From the IMG/VR virus record IMGVR_UViG_3300031718_000003, positions 1 to 64,000 of that record: a stretch of DNA of 64,000 nt, one strand, 5' to 3'. Source of the stretch: a virus. This document shows, in pieces, positions 61,487 to 64,000 of this stretch (positions are counted from its first letter, which is position 1; each line of letters begins with the position of its first letter). The translations under genes were made by a program, and so were the position numbers. The notes below the pieces were generated by a model. The model saw only the letters and a list, made by a program, of their open reading frames with translations, was not told where the DNA came from and did no database searches.

Positions 61487-62888
61487 GACAGCTTCAAGTA
61501 TGGCAGGTTACGGGCCAACGTCAAGCCTGTGGAAATTCAAAAGACCCCACTACCGGCGAAGGAAGTGAGACTAGGAAGCTGTATCCGGCTCCCCGCGTTC
61601 ACATTCGTTGCAATACCCAGCTCACGGGCGAAGGAAGTGAGACCGATCAGTGCAAGGCGTACTCGCCGAATCACAAGGGGTTGCAATACCCAGCTCACGG
61701 GCGAAGGGAGTGAGACACGAAATCGGCAAGCGGCTCGGAGTGAGCGCGCGGCAGTTGCAATACCCAGCTCACGGGCAAAGGGAGTGAGACCTAAACGGCG
61801 TTCCAGTTCCGGCGGAATGCACTCCGTTGCAATACCCAGCTCACGGGCAAAGGGAGTGAGACGTGTCAAGGCGTGGCTGAAAGCAGTCAAGCTGCTCGCC
61901 AGTTGCAATACCCAGCTCACGGGCGAAGGAAGTGAGACAGCATCACGACCGTAAGGCCGGTTGCAATATCCAGCTCACGGAAGAAGGAAGTGAGACGCTC
62001 AATCTCATGTCGCTGTGACGCCCGGATAACTGTTGCAATACCCAGCTCACGGGCGAAGGGAGTGAGACAAGATTTAGAAACAGGTTTAACTGGAAGCAGG
62101 AAGGGTTGCAATACCCAGCTCACGGGCGAAGGAAGTGAGACAATATGGTGCTGCTTCGCTTTTCAGAAGTTGCAATATCCAGCTCACGGGAGAAGGGAGT
62201 GAGACGAGACGAAAGAATCGCAGCAACAGCGGGGGTGGGGGTATTGCAATACCCAGCTCACGGGCGAAGGAAGTGAGACTATTATGCCCCTCGGCATGTG
62301 TGAAAAGACCAACCGTAGTTGCAATACCCAGCTCACGGGCGAAGGGAGTGAGACCGTTAAAAGCATAGGCTAGGGGAAGACGGATTTTCGTTGCAATACC
62401 CAGCTCACGGGCGAAGGGAGTGAGACCGGAGCATATCCCGCTGAAGGTTCTTTGGAACGGAGTGTTGCAATACCCAGCTCACGGGAGAAGGGAGTGAGAC
62501 TCGGCAGATTTCCAGCGGGACCAAAGCCCGCAGAGCGGTTGCAATACCCAGCTCACGGGCGAAGGGAGTGAGACACATCTTGAGGGTTTCACGACAGAAG
62601 AGATGCCAACAGGTTGCAATACCCAGCTCACGGGCGAAGGAAGTGAGACAAACAAGTGCCCAGGTCAACAAAAATGTTTGGGGAGTTGCAATACCCAGCT
62701 CACGGGAGAAGGAAGTGAGACGTGGTCAACCGTTCCGAACGCAAACGGCGGACCGCTGAAGGCAGAGCCGGGCTGACCCAGGAAGAATTATGTGTGCGTT
62801 GCCAATTGGGGTCAAATGGGTCTTCATCCGGCCAGCGATCATACAAGAAAATGTCATCCTGTAAATTCACGGCATAGCTTGGCATAGT

Positions 62889-63245
62889 TCACCGCTGCTC
62901 CTTTCGGAAATCGGTCAGACGTTTCTTCCGCCCAGCCAAAAAGCCATCGTCACCATCAGCCTTTCGAAATCCAGCCGGGACTCCCCACAAACGGAAATGC
63001 TCCTCGAGCGCCGCCCAGAATGAGCTAACCGGAGATCGCGGTTCCGGGCCGGTCCAAACCTTGCTCTGATCAAATCGCAGCCGGTTGTGAAAGCGGTAAT
63101 CTTCGGACCTCTGGAGTTTCCGTAGTGGTTCATTTTTAAGCTTGTCGCGCAACTCCTCTTGCATCTGAGCCAGTGGAATTTTCGGTGTGGATTTACTGCC
63201 CCGCGGGCGTCCTCGAACGGGTTTGGCCGTAAGTTGCGGTAGCAT
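62889..63245 (-). CDS. hypothetical basic protein
   Basis: ORF downstream of the Ig-repeat gene. Confidence 0.4.
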   Translation of the reverse strand: MLPQLTAKPVRGRPRGSKSTPKIPLAQMQEELRDKLKNEPLRKLQRSEDYRFHNRLRFDQSKVWTGPEPRSPVSSFWAALEEHFRLWGVPAGFRKADGDDGFLAGRKKRLTDFRKEQR

Positions 63246-63251
63246 AGCAGC

Positions 63252-64000
63252 TCAGAACGTCACTACCGAACCAACATTCACAACGTTCCCCAAAGTTACC
63301 GTTACCCCCGGACCCGCAGCCGATGACGAGACCACCAACTGGATTGGGGACACTTGCTGGAATCCACAAGCGTTGGTAGCCGTGATCGTTAAGTTGTAGA
63401 CGTTAGGCAGTGTTGGCGTCCAGGTGAATACACCGCTACTGCTGATGCTGGCGCCGCCTGGAAGTATCCCCGTCCAAGTAATCGGGCTGTCGCCCGTAGC
63501 GCCAAATGTAATACTGTATGGACTGGCAACGAACCCTGAAGGTAATGGGCTAGTCGTAGTAATGACCGGCAACGTGCACGTCGTCAGCGACTCGGTAGAT
63601 GACGGGTTGCCATTCGTCGAAGTTACCGACACGGTGAATGTCGATGTGCTCGGAGACGTGCCGCTAGGCATTCCGCTCACCACATTCCCCGACAAGGAAG
63701 CCCACCCCGGTAGTGAGCCACTCGTGATACTCGTGGATGGGGACGGGCAACTAGCGCTGGGCACGGTCACGCTGTAAGACGAACCAATATGGGCGCTCGG
63801 AAAGCCGTTGATCTGACAGGTACTTGCCTCGTAAGCTCCTACGGACGGTGGACTTGGCCGTACGATTCCCGCAAAATCAGCGATGGATTCCAGAACAGCC
63901 GTGCCACCCGCAAGTGCTGGACTGCTCGACTGTAATGTGAGGTCCCCCGTAGCCGGGCTGGTGTATTGTGGGTCCGTGATCGTGCCGAACGTTGCAGCTT
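63252..64000 (-). CDS. C-terminal part of an Ig-like (He_PIG) repeat protein; starts outside the window
   Basis: GSLPGW.SLSG..VSG.P and ITTTSPLPSG...YS.T..ATG..PITW...LP.G.SIS.SG repeats. Confidence 0.6.
   Translation of the reverse strand, partial: AATFGTITDPQYTSPATGDLTLQSSSPALAGGTAVLESIADFAGIVRPSPPSVGAYEASTCQINGFPSAHIGSSYSVTVPSASCPSPSTSITSGSLPGWASLSGNVVSGMPSGTSPSTSTFTVSVTSTNGNPSSTESLTTCTLPVITTTSPLPSGFVASPYSITFGATGDSPITWTGILPGGASISSSGVFTWTPTLPNVYNLTITATNACGFQQVSPIQLVVSSSAAGPGVTVTLGNVVNVGSVVTF

Larger units (their letters stand above)
58480..61554 (-). mobile_element. IS1-family transporter IS inserted in CRISPR repeat 3
   Basis: Perfect 26-bp TIR GGTAGTGGGGTCTTTTGAATTTCCAC; 8-bp TSD GGCGAAGG (58472-58479, 61555-61562). 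Confidence 0.95.
58304..62721 (+). CRISPR. CRISPR array, 19 repeats of 37 bp and 18 spacers; repeat 3 split by IS1
   Basis: GTTGCAATACCCAGCTCACGGGCGAAGG(A/G)AGTGAGAC at 58304, 58379, 58452 (split, ends 61571), then 61607 to 62685. Confidence 0.97.
10..62785. repeat. dispersed 48-49 bp bipartite element, about 40 copies, consensus CAGGCGCAAACGGCGGATCGCYGRGAGCRRNNNCTRCYGACCCCGAAGMA
   Basis: Minus-orientation copies start at 837, 3280, 4371, 7129, 8039, 12247, 15039, 15749, 16847, 17749, 18432, 22922, 26962, 29913, 30912, 35240, 35497, 36029, 38484, 39050, 41560, 45295, 45557, 46565, 47838, 49709, 56455; plus copies at <=18, 2737, 3411, 5239, 7230, 8105, 17811, 18630, 35788, ~38210, 45620, 47240, 53831, 62735. 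Confidence 0.93.

Noticed and set aside
61529-62759. ORFs across the array (VAIPSSRAKEVR repeats)
   Set aside because: Translations of CRISPR repeats
837-62785. Dispersed element as intrinsic terminator, CRISPR repeat or IS terminal repeat
   Set aside because: No consistent hairpin plus U-tract, not tandemly spaced, unrelated to the array repeat, and no target-site duplications seen at the module ends examined

Overview
The whole window looks like part of a large temperate phage or prophage with a P22-like head module. The host is inferred to be a GC-rich diderm such as Acidobacteriota (PEP-CTERM-type protein, UpxY-like NusG paralog). Positions ~1-27.7 kb are a minus-strand late region: head adaptor, P22-type coat gene split by two ORF-less group I introns, scaffold, portal, TerL, TerS, GroES, tRNA-Asn and many small morons. 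Positions ~27.9-50.7 kb hold regulation, replication and recombination genes (tyrosine recombinase, FliA-like sigma, Rep with iterons, Rad52/Sak, Gp157), a cargo-carrying IS1595 and a tnpB. From ~50.8 kb a plus-strand operon ends in a HerA-like ATPase, a Cas12m-like (type V-U1/V-M) effector that keeps a D-E-D RuvC triad, and a 19-repeat CRISPR array split by a cargo-carrying IS1. Two unexplained systems stand out. (1) About 40 copies of a fixed-length 48-49 bp bipartite element (CAGGCGCAAACG-N~27-ACCCCGAAG) mark gene starts in sense and gene ends in antisense across the phage DNA, but are absent from the IS elements. (2) A CRISPR circuit centres on the phage's own terS: one array spacer matches terS at 36/37 nt, and two solitary CRISPR repeats, each with a promoter-like upstream sequence, flank terS about 35 kb from the array.
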